A stretch of DNA of 64,000 bases from positions 1 through 64,000 of IMG/VR virus record IMGVR_UViG_3300027754_005796. One strand, written 5' to 3'. Below the pieces are notes generated by a model that was not told where the DNA came from, searched no databases, and was given only the letters and a program-made list of their open reading frames with translations. Each line of letters opens with the position of its first letter. Position 1 is the first letter of the stretch. The translations under genes were made by a program, and so were the position numbers. Positions 28,480 to 37,944 of the stretch are shown in pieces. This stretch comes from a virus.

Positions 28480-29019
28480 CACGATTGATTTAATTAGTTG
28501 TTGCTTTCTTCTTCTTGCAATTAAAGAAGGTGGTGGTGCATCGGGACACAATGTGCCAGATGTCCAACTGTCTATAATGGTATTCCAAGATGGACAGCAG
28601 AAAGGTGCGCTAGTGGGTCCGCCATTTACTTGAATTGTGTCGCAATTGTTGTAATATTTAGTTACATCTGGTGATGCATAAGTTCCGTCTAAACCTACTC
28701 TCCAAAAACCTGAAGAATATCCGCAGGAATATGATACTCCGCTGTTTGTGACGGTTACATTTCCACTTCCGCCTTGCATTTTGAAGGTCGCAAGACCCAA
28801 GCTGTTAACGCTCAACGGGATCAAACAACAGGCATCTGTGCTTATTGTATTGTAAATCACTATAGAATCACCACCCGAACATCCGGGGTTTATAAGTTGT
28901 GGGATTGTAGTCTTCCAAGTTAGTGAGGTGTAGCATGGACATTCTGGACAACCACATTGAGGACATGGACAGCCACACCAACTTGCAGGTTCACCACAAT
29001 ACGGAGGGTTACAGGCCAT
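28456..29019 (-). CDS. Cys/Gly/Ser-rich protein, possibly structural
   Basis: MACNPPYCGEPASWCGCPCPQCGCPECPC N-terminus; beta-rich middle; basic C-terminus. Confidence 0.6.
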   Translation of the reverse strand: MACNPPYCGEPASWCGCPCPQCGCPECPCYTSLTWKTTIPQLINPGCSGGDSIVIYNTISTDACCLIPLSVNSLGLATFKMQGGSGNVTVTNSGVSYSCGYSSGFWRVGLDGTYASPDVTKYYNNCDTIQVNGGPTSAPFCCPSWNTIIDSWTSGTLCPDAPPPSLIARRRKQQLIKSIVSRFKKIN

Positions 29020-29024
29020 GCGAT

Positions 29025-29288
29025 TTAACTTTCCCCGAAGAAATTTTTTGGATATTCAATTTTGACTGTGCCATCGCCAGCAACTGGATTGCCTTCGTTG
29101 TCTTCAACCCACCAGCGTACTTGTTGCACGGGAATATTTAGTTCTTCCATGTGGCATTTATCTTTTGGATTAACAGGAATGTGATATTCGGTTCCCTCGA
29201 TAAGAATTGCAACTTTACACTCCTTTTTTTGATGGTTGTAAAGCAGACAGTTTCCACAAATTTTTTCTATTTCTTTTTTTTTGGTCAT
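29025..29288 (-). CDS. Small CxxC protein
   Basis: ICGNCLLY...C...C; 87 aa; GAGGA SD. Confidence 0.6.
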   Translation of the reverse strand: MTKKKEIEKICGNCLLYNHQKKECKVAILIEGTEYHIPVNPKDKCHMEELNIPVQQVRWWVEDNEGNPVAGDGTVKIEYPKNFFGES

Positions 29289-29341
29289 TTGATCTTTCCT
29301 CTGAGCAATTATAATGTTAATTAACTAAGTGAGGGATTTTC

Positions 29342-29965
29342 ATGAAAATTATTGCAACAGCAGGGCAGTTAAACACAGGCAAGGATGAATTTTCTGATTA
29401 TTTAGTTAAAAAATTAAATCCAGATTCTTGGATTCGATCTGCGTTTGCCAATGCTGTGAAAAATACATTCTGCAATTCTTTTAGTGTAGATCGTGCGTTC
29501 ATCGAAAAATGGAAGCGTATCCCAGAAGCCCCTCCCGGTATGAAAATGCCAGTAAGACAGGCTTTGCAGTTTATTGGCGATGGGTTTCGTCAAATTGTTC
29601 CAGACATCTGGATTGATATAGCACTTCGTTCAGATAGCAACATGATTCTTAGCGATTCAAGATATATCAATGAGGCCAAAGCCGTGAAGCAAAGAGACGG
29701 CAAAGTTTTCATTATGTATCGTCCCGGTTTTTTGAATGATGATCCCAACCCAAGTGAAGCCCAGATCAAGCCTTTAGTTGAATTCTGCAAAAATAATTTG
29801 CAGGAGGGGCCTCTGCCTGAGTTTCGTATACTGCAAGAGAAATATTCAAATATTCCAGAAGGTATGCAATATTTTGATTATTTTCTTGTAAATGATGGCA
29901 CAATCCAAGACCTGTACAAAAAAATAGATAATTTTGTAATTCCATTTTTAAATGATTATACATGA
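29342..29965 (+). CDS. Deoxynucleoside monophosphate kinase (T4 gp1-like)
   Basis: AGQLNTGKD P-loop, AFANAVK, RQALQFIG, SDSRYINE, NDGT. Confidence 0.85.
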   Translation: MKIIATAGQLNTGKDEFSDYLVKKLNPDSWIRSAFANAVKNTFCNSFSVDRAFIEKWKRIPEAPPGMKMPVRQALQFIGDGFRQIVPDIWIDIALRSDSNMILSDSRYINEAKAVKQRDGKVFIMYRPGFLNDDPNPSEAQIKPLVEFCKNNLQEGPLPEFRILQEKYSNIPEGMQYFDYFLVNDGTIQDLYKKIDNFVIPFLNDYT

Positions 29966-30660
29966 ACATCCTAGTGCCTATGGCAGGTGCCGGTCTTAGG
30001 TTGGCGCAGGCAGGTTATGTATTGCCCAAACCTTTAGTTGAAGTAGGCGGCAAACCTATTATCAAAATTGCCATAGATTCATGGGGACTTCAAGGAAGAT
30101 ATATTTTTGTTGTGCAGAAAGAGCACGATCAGAAATATTCCTTTGAGAGCATGTTCTGTCAAATGGTTGATGATTTTGAAATTGTCAAAGTTGATGGATT
30201 GACACAAGGCGCAGCTTGCACGGCGCTGCTTGCTGAAGATTTCATCGATAATCAAGAAGAGTTAGTGATTGCAGTTGCTGATACATACAACAGAATTCCA
30301 AGTCAGCCGTGGTCTTTAAGTCCGTGTGATGGTGTGATTTTCACTATGGAATCACAAAATTCTGGTTACAGTTACGCTAAAATTGGACCAGACGGTTTTG
30401 TTGCGGAAGTGGCAGAAAAGATCGTCATTTCTAATTGTGCTACTTCTGGAATATATCATTGGACTCATGGTTCTGATTTTGTTAAATATGCAAAACAAAT
30501 GATCCAAAAGAACATTCGTATAAATAATGAGTTCTATTTATGTCCTGTCTATAACCAAGCGATATCAGACGGTAAAAATTTTGTTTTGAAACAGATTGAG
30601 CATATAGAGGATTTGGGAACGCACGAGAATATACAAAATTATTTAAAAAACAACAGATGA
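29962..30660 (+). CDS. Sugar-nucleotidyltransferase-like protein
   Basis: ILVPMAGAGLRL...PKPLVEV, TQGAACT, VAEK, NNEFYLCPVYN, LGT. Confidence 0.85.
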   Translation: MNILVPMAGAGLRLAQAGYVLPKPLVEVGGKPIIKIAIDSWGLQGRYIFVVQKEHDQKYSFESMFCQMVDDFEIVKVDGLTQGAACTALLAEDFIDNQEELVIAVADTYNRIPSQPWSLSPCDGVIFTMESQNSGYSYAKIGPDGFVAEVAEKIVISNCATSGIYHWTHGSDFVKYAKQMIQKNIRINNEFYLCPVYNQAISDGKNFVLKQIEHIEDLGTHENIQNYLKNNR

Positions 30661-31415
30661 AAATCCATGTATTGCTTCGTGGTCAGCATTATTTGGACGA
30701 TTTAAGTCCTTGGAAACACAAGTTTATAAAAAGAGATTTTCTGTTTATTGTAAGAAATTTTAGCCATTTTTTCTTACAAGATTTAAAAAAAGAACACGAA
30801 GTAAATGTGTCAGTAATCACTTGGGAAAGTCCAGTACAAGAAGTATTTTACAAATTTGCTGATAATGTACAGATTCTACCAAATAGTTTATTTGGCAAGG
30901 AAGGCTACAGGCAATTTGATTTAGTCGCTCAGGGTTTGCAGATGATACCTGAAAACGATAATGCAATTGTGATTATTTTTCGTTTAGATATGATTTGCAA
31001 GAAATATATCACCGAGTGGTTTGATTTTACTGATGAATTTGACATAGTCTTGCCTTGGAGAGAGACAAGCGAGGAGTGCTGGAAAGATTATTTCATGGAT
31101 TGGAAAGGGCGTTGGTCAAGACATAGAGTTGGTGATAGTTTTTATTTTTTAAGAAATAGAAATAATTTATTGCAAAAATTTAAATCAATAATTCAAGTTG
31201 ACCCAAATGATGGTCATGAAATTTATGACTTATTGATTGAAAATAGCTTTGATGTGAAATTCTGTGTCGATGGTTATTTTGACAGCGATACATCTAAGAT
31301 GACATCGCAGGCTGATAATCCTCTTTTTTTATTGCAGAGGCCGTACCATCATTTTATTGACGAGTTTGAGTTAAAATTAATCGACAGCTTTGGTGAACCT
31401 TTGTATGGTTACTAA
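30657..31415 (+). CDS. Hypothetical protein, probably glycan-related
   Basis: MKIHVLLRGQ start; IIFRLD; coupled to the previous gene. Confidence 0.55.
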   Translation: MKIHVLLRGQHYLDDLSPWKHKFIKRDFLFIVRNFSHFFLQDLKKEHEVNVSVITWESPVQEVFYKFADNVQILPNSLFGKEGYRQFDLVAQGLQMIPENDNAIVIIFRLDMICKKYITEWFDFTDEFDIVLPWRETSEECWKDYFMDWKGRWSRHRVGDSFYFLRNRNNLLQKFKSIIQVDPNDGHEIYDLLIENSFDVKFCVDGYFDSDTSKMTSQADNPLFLLQRPYHHFIDEFELKLIDSFGEPLYGY

Positions 31416-31525
31416 ACCTCGTTTTTCGTTTATGATCGTGCCGAGTTGAGGGTGCGATCCCTGAAGCCACCGGATGCCGATTTGAGAGTTTTTGCCTGAA
31501 TATGTTATTTGTTCATCAAGAATTT

Positions 31526-32197
31526 TTATTGCTGTTGAGCTTTCAATTGTTTTCTGAGCTTGTTCAAGCCGACCTCCGTCAACACCATAAATCCTAATCC
31601 CCTCGCTTGGCAATACTGATCGCATGCTGTCCATTTTGCTGAATTCCTTGGTAAATGAGTTTGATCCGAAGGCTTGATTTCCCAAATTTCTACTCGTCCG
31701 TCACTAAACAAGACTTTCAAGTCTGGGTTATATTCGTGAAGATTCCCTTCAAAAGTATATTGCACCGAGAACGGTTCGACCTCATATCCAATCACTTCTG
31801 GCAATACTTCTAGGCATTCATATACATCGCATTCCATTCCTGAACGGTAGTGCATTTCTTTACCGCCGTTTTTTGATGACATCAAATAACCTTCCCTGAA
31901 CTTCGGCTTCCTTTGTTTCATTTTGCCGGTTTTTGATGATATGTCTTTCCAAACAATAGCTTTCATTTGTCCTATTTTTGGAATATTTTTTTCGTATGGG
32001 TGTTTGGCTTTCATGTGTGTCCTGACGCAGCGTACAGGGCATCCACAACGAGCCAGAGGGCATACGACAAATTCTCGTCCTTCTTCATGATTTTCAACAA
32101 CATGTTGTTTGTATGCTTCAAAGTCTGTAAGGGTAAATCCACACACAAAACAGGTGTATTTTCTTAATCCGTTGTCTTTTTCAAATGGTAATGTCAT
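31526..32197 (-). CDS. TnsA-like endonuclease (T4 gp4 head-completion-like) with N-terminal C2H2 zinc fingers
   Basis: YRSGMEC, YNPDL, WEIKP PD-(D/E)xK motifs; CFVC..HVVENH and CPLARC..HMKAKH. Confidence 0.75.
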   Translation of the reverse strand: MTLPFEKDNGLRKYTCFVCGFTLTDFEAYKQHVVENHEEGREFVVCPLARCGCPVRCVRTHMKAKHPYEKNIPKIGQMKAIVWKDISSKTGKMKQRKPKFREGYLMSSKNGGKEMHYRSGMECDVYECLEVLPEVIGYEVEPFSVQYTFEGNLHEYNPDLKVLFSDGRVEIWEIKPSDQTHLPRNSAKWTACDQYCQARGLGFMVLTEVGLNKLRKQLKAQQQ

Positions 32198-32619
32198 TTT
32201 TTATTTGATTTCTTGGTTGCGTGTTTCATCATTTGTTTGACTGCCGACTCTCTGTCGCAAACCTTGATTTTGGGAAGGTCTTTGAGGCTGAAAACACTTT
32301 GCACAGAGCTTTCGTCATCTTTACTATCAAGACATTTAAACAAATTTATTGCTGGAAATTGTGCTTCTTGCCGGAAATTTGGCATCATTGGTTCATCATC
32401 ATCGTCGGTTTTAAGTTTGGCAAAAATTACCCTGCTATCTTCAGGAGCTCCAAATAACTCCTTGTCTTTATTGAAAAAAAGGATGATTTCATGCTTGTCC
32501 AAAATGTCATTTAAACTGTCTTCTTGTTCTTGCAGGGCGCAATGGTGGTCCCATAGGTCCATCAAACCACGAAAACTGCTAAACGCTGGAGAAAAATTGT
32601 TGCTCATATATTTGCTCAT
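32194..32619 (-). CDS. Hypothetical protein
   Basis: 141-aa ORF overlapping the TnsA-like start. Confidence 0.6.
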   Translation of the reverse strand: MSKYMSNNFSPAFSSFRGLMDLWDHHCALQEQEDSLNDILDKHEIILFFNKDKELFGAPEDSRVIFAKLKTDDDDEPMMPNFRQEAQFPAINLFKCLDSKDDESSVQSVFSLKDLPKIKVCDRESAVKQMMKHATKKSNKK

Positions 32620-32634
32620 TGAATATATAGTTTT

Positions 32635-33105
32635 ATGTACAAGACTTTTAGCGGTTTTAAGAGATTCATCGAAGAAATGGACCCTTCACCTGAAAAAAGG
32701 CGTGATGATGCGGAATCGTCTGACGATCAAGCCAGCGCAGGTAAAGAAGACTACTTTGCTGCCTTGGGCGACGAAGAGGGGCTAGAGTGGGGAGAAATTG
32801 CGAATGCGTTCCAAAGCGAACCTTGGATTAGTTCTCATTTTGCACTAGGGTCGCCTGATAAAGAGGTTTTGTATAAACTTTCGCCTTGGAAAATCGTTAA
32901 GGGAACTTTGACTCCCCACGGCGCTGATATTCGCCTGAAACAACAAAAGGGCGGTAGAAGTTACCTTAAAGGAAATCGTTTAAATAAGTCAAAATATCAA
33001 GACACTAAACGATATCATTTAAATCGTTCTGAATTGGTAAAGTTTTTAACAACAGGCTGGACACCCGCTGCACAACAGGCTGGTGGTGGCAGTCAACCCA
33101 TGTGA
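32635..33105 (+). CDS. Hypothetical protein (GFKRFIEE N-terminus)
   Basis: 156-aa ORF; ATATATA box 5 nt upstream. Confidence 0.7.
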   Translation: MYKTFSGFKRFIEEMDPSPEKRRDDAESSDDQASAGKEDYFAALGDEEGLEWGEIANAFQSEPWISSHFALGSPDKEVLYKLSPWKIVKGTLTPHGADIRLKQQKGGRSYLKGNRLNKSKYQDTKRYHLNRSELVKFLTTGWTPAAQQAGGGSQPM

Positions 33106-33111
33106 GGAATT

Positions 33112-33288
33112 ATGCGCTTTAAAGAATGGCTTAAATTACAAGAGGTGGGAACCAGCACAGCAAATGTTGCTGTTTTCGCTCGTCCTCTGTTTGGCGGTCC
33201 AGCAACTCGCATGTATCCAGAACCTGTGATAATCGGTGGACGGGAAGTTACTAAGAAAAAGAAAAAGAAATATCGACATCTTCCTTGA
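33112..33288 (+). CDS. Small basic protein MRFKEWLKLQEVGTSTANVA... (58 aa, not in ORF track)
   Basis: GAGGA SD; ATG 33112 to TGA 33288; poly-Lys C-terminus. Confidence 0.7.
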   Translation: MRFKEWLKLQEVGTSTANVAVFARPLFGGPATRMYPEPVIIGGREVTKKKKKKYRHLP

Positions 33289-33333
33289 TTTGTCTTAGAA
33301 TTTATTTGTCATTTTTATGCAAAGGAATTCAAG

Positions 33334-34224
33334 ATGCTGCAAGACTTGATGGATTTGGTTCCCAACAAAACAATCCAATGCCTTGACAATATCGGAGAAG
33401 TTCAATTAATCGATGTGATGCCCAGAGTTGCACCTCAAGGACAAACTGCCGATTATGCAATTGCACAGGCAGCAAGAGTTTCATACGGCGATGGCACTAA
33501 ATCCGTGAATGAAGATAGCGGCTTGGTCCGATACCTTCTTCGACACAGCCATTCGACTCCCACAGAAATGGTGGTTTTTAAGTTTAGAATAAAGGTGCCT
33601 ATTTTTGTCAGCCGACAAATGTGCAGACACAGAATGATTTCGATGAATGAAATTTCAGGAAGATATTCTGTGATGCGGGATGAATTCTATATCCCAAAGC
33701 CAGAAGACCTCAGAAAACAATCAACTGTCAATAAGCAAGGCTCTGAAGGTGTTATTGAGGCTGAAAATGCTAGTTATTTTTCAACCGCAATAGAACAAAA
33801 TTGCAAACAGGCATATGAGTTATATCTCAAAATGATTGAGGCTGGTATTGCTCGTGAGCAAGCCAGAATGATTTTACCTTTAAATCTTTACACCGAATAT
33901 TACTGGAAGCAAGATTTGCATAACCTTTTGCATTTCTTGGCTTTGCGTATGGATTCACATGCACAGCATGAGATTCGTGTGTTTGCTCAGGCCATGTATG
34001 ACCTTGTCAAGCCTTTGGTGCCTGTGACTATCCAAGCCTTTGAGGATTATCACTTTATGCGAGGTGCTGTAAAGTTGACCCGTCTGGAAGTTGAAGCTCT
34101 GCAAAAGACCCTGCAAGAGGAAGCTTCACATGTCAAGATTCCACAGATTGATACTGAGAATAAGAGAGAACAAAATGAATGGACAGACAAGGCTCAAAAG
34201 CTTGGTTTTCAACAACCAAGTTAG
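33334..34224 (+). CDS. thyX: Flavin-dependent thymidylate synthase
   Basis: AARVSY, RHSHSTPTE, RHRMISMNEISGRY, AREQARMILP, HAQHEIR. Confidence 0.95.
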   Translation: MLQDLMDLVPNKTIQCLDNIGEVQLIDVMPRVAPQGQTADYAIAQAARVSYGDGTKSVNEDSGLVRYLLRHSHSTPTEMVVFKFRIKVPIFVSRQMCRHRMISMNEISGRYSVMRDEFYIPKPEDLRKQSTVNKQGSEGVIEAENASYFSTAIEQNCKQAYELYLKMIEAGIAREQARMILPLNLYTEYYWKQDLHNLLHFLALRMDSHAQHEIRVFAQAMYDLVKPLVPVTIQAFEDYHFMRGAVKLTRLEVEALQKTLQEEASHVKIPQIDTENKREQNEWTDKAQKLGFQQPS

Positions 34225-34338
34225 CCCTGTCGTCTGGTGTGAAAGACATGTTTGCGAGAATGAGCATTAAAAAACCAATCATAACTTTCTCCTTTTTAAA
34301 TGGATGTTTGAATTATTCTAGAAAATGGGTGGTGTATT

Positions 34339-35742
34339 ATGCAACTATATTCTGATTTTATTGATGCTGATCGACAAGGACCAAAAATTAGTGTTGGTGT
34401 CGTTGGCGATGCCATGATAGATGAGTTCATGGATGTTGACATCAAGAAAATATCACCAGAATTCCCCATAATTGTTTTGCAATCTGAAGAGGAAAAATAC
34501 CAGTATCTTCCCGGTGGTGCAGCAAATTGTGCATATCAGTTTACCCATTTTAATGCAGATGCTCATCTCTATGCTTTTTCTGACGATCATGCTTCCAAAG
34601 TATTTCTCCAAAATAATTTAAATTTGTCTGGTGTTGTAGAAATTGGCAATCAAATTCCCAGAAAAAGAAGATTGTATAGTCAAGGCTTGCCAGTCAGTAG
34701 AACTGACATTGAGTCAAAAAGTTATGGATTTAGCAAAGATATTCTTCATTTACGATCCGCAGATGTTTTCAAAAATCTGAAAAACAACACGGGTTTGGAA
34801 GCTTTGATTTTGTCGGACTATAACAAAGGTTTGTTTGCCGGTTTCGATCAAGAAATAATTCGTGAATTCAAAAATGTGATTGTTGATCCAAAATGCGGAG
34901 ACTTGAATCGCTGGCGAGGTTGTACGGTTTTCAAGCCGAATCTTGAAGAGGCTCTTAGGCTAAGTGGCAAATCAACCATTCTTGAGGCTGGTGCGTATTT
35001 GTTAGACTTATTGTCTTGTCAGGCTGTTGTTGTAACTATGGCTGGTGATGGAGTTATGGTTTTCCAACAAACTAAAAATCCAATACACATTCGTGCTCAA
35101 AGAAAATTGCCTACAGCAGAGTCTGTGATTGGTGCGGGAGATTGTTTCGCAGCTTTTTATGCCATGTCTTTGGTAAGAGGCTTCAACTATGAGCAAGCTG
35201 CTGAAATATCTTTTCATGCTGGCACTTTATATGTGCAAAATAAACATAATACACCTTTAAGTCCCAAGCAATTCAAGTCATCTTACGACCCTTTTAGCCT
35301 CAAATTTGTCGATAACCCTGAGGTTTTCTTTGACAAAAGAAATTACAAACTTGTTTTTACGAATGGATGCTTTGATTTTGGCCTAACTTCTGGGCATGTC
35401 GAGTGCATCAATTTTGCCAAAAATCAAGGCGACAAGCTTGTGGTTGCTTTGAACAGCGATGATAGCGTAAAGCGACTGAAGGGAAATGGCAGACCTATTT
35501 TGCCTTTTGCTGATCGTGTCAAAATAATTTCTAGTTTGCAATCTGTTGATTATGTTATCGGATTTGACGAAGACACTCCTCTAAAAATTATTCAGCAAAT
35601 TGTGCCAGACTTAATTGTTAAGGGAGGGGATTACACCATAGATCAAGTTGTGGGCAATCATTTAGCTCAAGTGAAAATTTTTGATTTTGTTAACTCGATT
35701 TCCACAACTCAAAAAATTGAAAAAATGAATCATCTAGCTTGA
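34339..35742 (+). CDS. hldE: Bifunctional heptose-7-phosphate kinase / heptose-1-phosphate adenylyltransferase
   Basis: GDAMID, ISPE, PGGAAN, SDYNKG, VDPK, GAGD kinase motifs; FTNGCFD, LNSDDSVKRLKG, VKGGDY, STT adenylyltransferase motifs. Confidence 0.9.
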   Translation: MQLYSDFIDADRQGPKISVGVVGDAMIDEFMDVDIKKISPEFPIIVLQSEEEKYQYLPGGAANCAYQFTHFNADAHLYAFSDDHASKVFLQNNLNLSGVVEIGNQIPRKRRLYSQGLPVSRTDIESKSYGFSKDILHLRSADVFKNLKNNTGLEALILSDYNKGLFAGFDQEIIREFKNVIVDPKCGDLNRWRGCTVFKPNLEEALRLSGKSTILEAGAYLLDLLSCQAVVVTMAGDGVMVFQQTKNPIHIRAQRKLPTAESVIGAGDCFAAFYAMSLVRGFNYEQAAEISFHAGTLYVQNKHNTPLSPKQFKSSYDPFSLKFVDNPEVFFDKRNYKLVFTNGCFDFGLTSGHVECINFAKNQGDKLVVALNSDDSVKRLKGNGRPILPFADRVKIISSLQSVDYVIGFDEDTPLKIIQQIVPDLIVKGGDYTIDQVVGNHLAQVKIFDFVNSISTTQKIEKMNHLA

Positions 35743-36056
35743 CATTTTATGCACTCACAACCTGCACAACATTTGTGATCTGGACAGCAGGGGCACGGCG
35801 GGTTGTGAATAGACACACATTTGCAACATGTCTTGTTTGATCCACATCCCTTGCAACAGGTGCAATTCTCGCAGCATTGTCCAAGTTTTTCGCACCCACA
35901 AGTTGTACCGCAACAATCACATCCGCATTCGCAAGGCTTGCAAGACCTGTCTACTTCGCAGCAAGGTTTATCGCACTTTATTTTAGGCATAAATATAATC
36001 GAACCATAAGCTCCAGCTACTGCTCCGACAATAAAAGACAGAATTATCAAAATCAT
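35730..36056 (-). CDS. Membrane-anchored Cys-rich, metallothionein-like protein
   Basis: N-terminal hydrophobic helix, then dense CC/CxC/CxxC; AGGAG SD. Confidence 0.65.
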   Translation of the reverse strand: MILIILSFIVGAVAGAYGSIIFMPKIKCDKPCCEVDRSCKPCECGCDCCGTTCGCEKLGQCCENCTCCKGCGSNKTCCKCVSIHNPPCPCCPDHKCCAGCECIKCQAR

Positions 36057-36101
36057 TTTGCTGCTCCTTTGCCTGCATATATAATGATTGTATATGCGAA
36101 C

Positions 36102-36380
36102 ATGAAAAGAAATAAAAAATTAATCGATAAAAAGGTCAAAAAAAGAATTGCAGGTAAATGCAAATTCTGTCCTTGCGATATTTATGAGCTTTTAGATGTT
36201 CATCGTATAGTTGAAGGCAATGAGGGCGGTCGATATACTGACCAAAATACTGTCTGTTGTTGTGTTTCCTGCCACAGGAAAATTCATGCTGGAATTATCA
36301 AGATAGACCGCCAATATCCTTCGATAAGTGGAAATTTGGTTCTTCATTATTGGATCGATGGTCAAGAATATTGGGAATGA
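36102..36380 (+). CDS. Small HNH endonuclease
   Basis: CKFC..VHRI..GG..N..CVSCHRKIH; likely start ATG 36102. Confidence 0.75.
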   Translation: MKRNKKLIDKKVKKRIAGKCKFCPCDIYELLDVHRIVEGNEGGRYTDQNTVCCCVSCHRKIHAGIIKIDRQYPSISGNLVLHYWIDGQEYWE

Positions 36381-36393
36381 ACTAAATATTTGT

Positions 36394-36570
36394 ATGATGA
36401 CCTTTCGGCAATTTCTTGAAGCAAAAAGCACCGGCAAATTCGGCATGGGTACAGGCCAGTCTCCCACAAAGCTGATGGCTGTTGGCGCATCAAAGCCAGC
36501 AAAACCCAGCCATTTAAAATATACTGGTTTGGCAGTAACTGGCCTTTATTCTGTTGCAAAAATTAAATAG
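36394..36570 (+). CDS. Small protein MMTFRQFLEAK...
   Basis: CTAAATA box 5 nt upstream; FRQFLE motif. Confidence 0.6.
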   Translation: MMTFRQFLEAKSTGKFGMGTGQSPTKLMAVGASKPAKPSHLKYTGLAVTGLYSVAKIK

Positions 36571-36585
36571 TTACTCCACTACAGC

Positions 36586-37185
36586 ATGGAAGTTTCAAGT
36601 TTAGGCGACAATCTCGCCATTCTCATCAAATGTGATCACGCTCCACACCATGATTGGATGTCGTTTTTTTGCTGGTATTCCATCAGTAAAAATCTTCCTG
36701 AAGCGAAAGTTGTCGTCGCATGTTCTAGAGGCGGTGAAATGAATTTTGATATTTTCAATTGGCCAAAACGCTGTGGAGTGCAATTTGCCTACCACAATCC
36801 GGGATTAGACACCGTTAAATTCGTTCTTGATAACGATAAATTTGGAACAGGAACTCCTTTGCTTGTTTTGGAACCTTGTACTGCATGTCTTCGGGATTTT
36901 GATGAAGCGCAGTTCGATCAATCCACTCTCGCAAAAAATGAAGTTTTTAAAGCAAAAGAATTAAGTGGGTTGGTAGGTGAAGCTAAAGACGAAAATCCTT
37001 CCGTTTTCACCGATTACAGCAATGGTTGGGGCAAGTTTGTTACTAGTTCTTGGATAAATAAAGCAAGCACGCCGCTCGTGACCGGACTCAGCTTGTTTAA
37101 GCCTATGATGTCTGTCAACGAGTCAAGACTAGGAAAGTTGTGGGATCGTGCCTCTTTAATGTACCAAAGTGTATCGAGAGGATAA
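36586..37185 (+). CDS. Hypothetical protein
   Basis: 199-aa ORF. Confidence 0.6.
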   Translation: MEVSSLGDNLAILIKCDHAPHHDWMSFFCWYSISKNLPEAKVVVACSRGGEMNFDIFNWPKRCGVQFAYHNPGLDTVKFVLDNDKFGTGTPLLVLEPCTACLRDFDEAQFDQSTLAKNEVFKAKELSGLVGEAKDENPSVFTDYSNGWGKFVTSSWINKASTPLVTGLSLFKPMMSVNESRLGKLWDRASLMYQSVSRG

Positions 37186-37186
37186 C

Positions 37187-37465
37187 ATGAGAAGATTTAA
37201 CTACGATGACAATGATGAGTTCCGTGAAGATATTGACAAGTTCTTCAACGACGATGAACTAGACACATACGAAGAGCTCGTTTCCCAAGAAATTGCTATG
37301 CAGGAAGCGCAAATTGATTTGTCTTACAAGGATTTGAATGTTCGCATTATGCGAACTGCTGTTAGAATCTGCGAGAAATCTTTTTGGTGGTCTTTTTATT
37401 CGCAGCCTACTCGTATAAAGATGATCGCTGACACATACAAAAAATTGAAAAGTCTAGAAATATGA
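37187..37465 (+). CDS. Hypothetical acidic protein
   Basis: ORF 37169..37465; GAGGA SD favours ATG 37187. Confidence 0.6.
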   Translation: MRRFNYDDNDEFREDIDKFFNDDELDTYEELVSQEIAMQEAQIDLSYKDLNVRIMRTAVRICEKSFWWSFYSQPTRIKMIADTYKKLKSLEI

Positions 37466-37473
37466 GGTGAACT

Positions 37474-37809
37474 GTGCCTTTTTACCAGTTTAAATGCAAG
37501 AAGTGTAAAAAAGAATATGAAGAACTTTGCCCTTACGACTCAAAAGGCAAATATTCTGATGTTCGATGCTTATTTTGTAACAGCAAGTCGAAAACAAAAT
37601 TGATGTCTGCTTGCAACTATAATTTCGCAAATCCAGAAGGTACTGATCGCTGGAACAGCGAAAGCGGTGGACACGATTACAGGTTTCACCACAATCTGCC
37701 GAAGGTTTTGTCTCAAAGACAGGCTGCTGAAGAGGCTGGCAAAGACCCAAATCCTTATAACAAAATCAATGATTTGGGAAACGACAATGCTTGGGGCGAA
37801 GTAAAGTAA
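37474..37809 (+). CDS. FmdB-family zinc-ribbon protein
   Basis: MPFYQFKCKKC...CLFCNS...KLMS. Confidence 0.75.
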   Translation: MPFYQFKCKKCKKEYEELCPYDSKGKYSDVRCLFCNSKSKTKLMSACNYNFANPEGTDRWNSESGGHDYRFHHNLPKVLSQRQAAEEAGKDPNPYNKINDLGNDNAWGEVK

Positions 37810-37831
37810 AAAAAGTTAAAAATAAATTTTT

Positions 37832-37861
37832 AACCTCGATCATTATGATCGGGGTTTTTTT
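37832..37861 (+). terminator. Intrinsic terminator
   Basis: AACCTCGATCA-tta-TGATCGGGGTT plus T tract. Confidence 0.7.
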
Positions 37862-37944
37862 ATTTTATTTGCTCACTTATAATTGCTGCTGACACAGTCC
37901 ATCTATGTTTTATAAAACTGGCAGCATCAAACTTTGGAGGAATC

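Noticed and set aside
34225-34270. tRNA-like 5' sequence GCCCTGTCGTCTGGTG
   Set aside because: No T arm or matching acceptor strand; no complete tRNA gene was seen in the window.
35877-36101. N-terminal extension of the HNH ORF
   Set aside because: It is antisense to the Cys-rich gene; the HNH domain starts near 36102.
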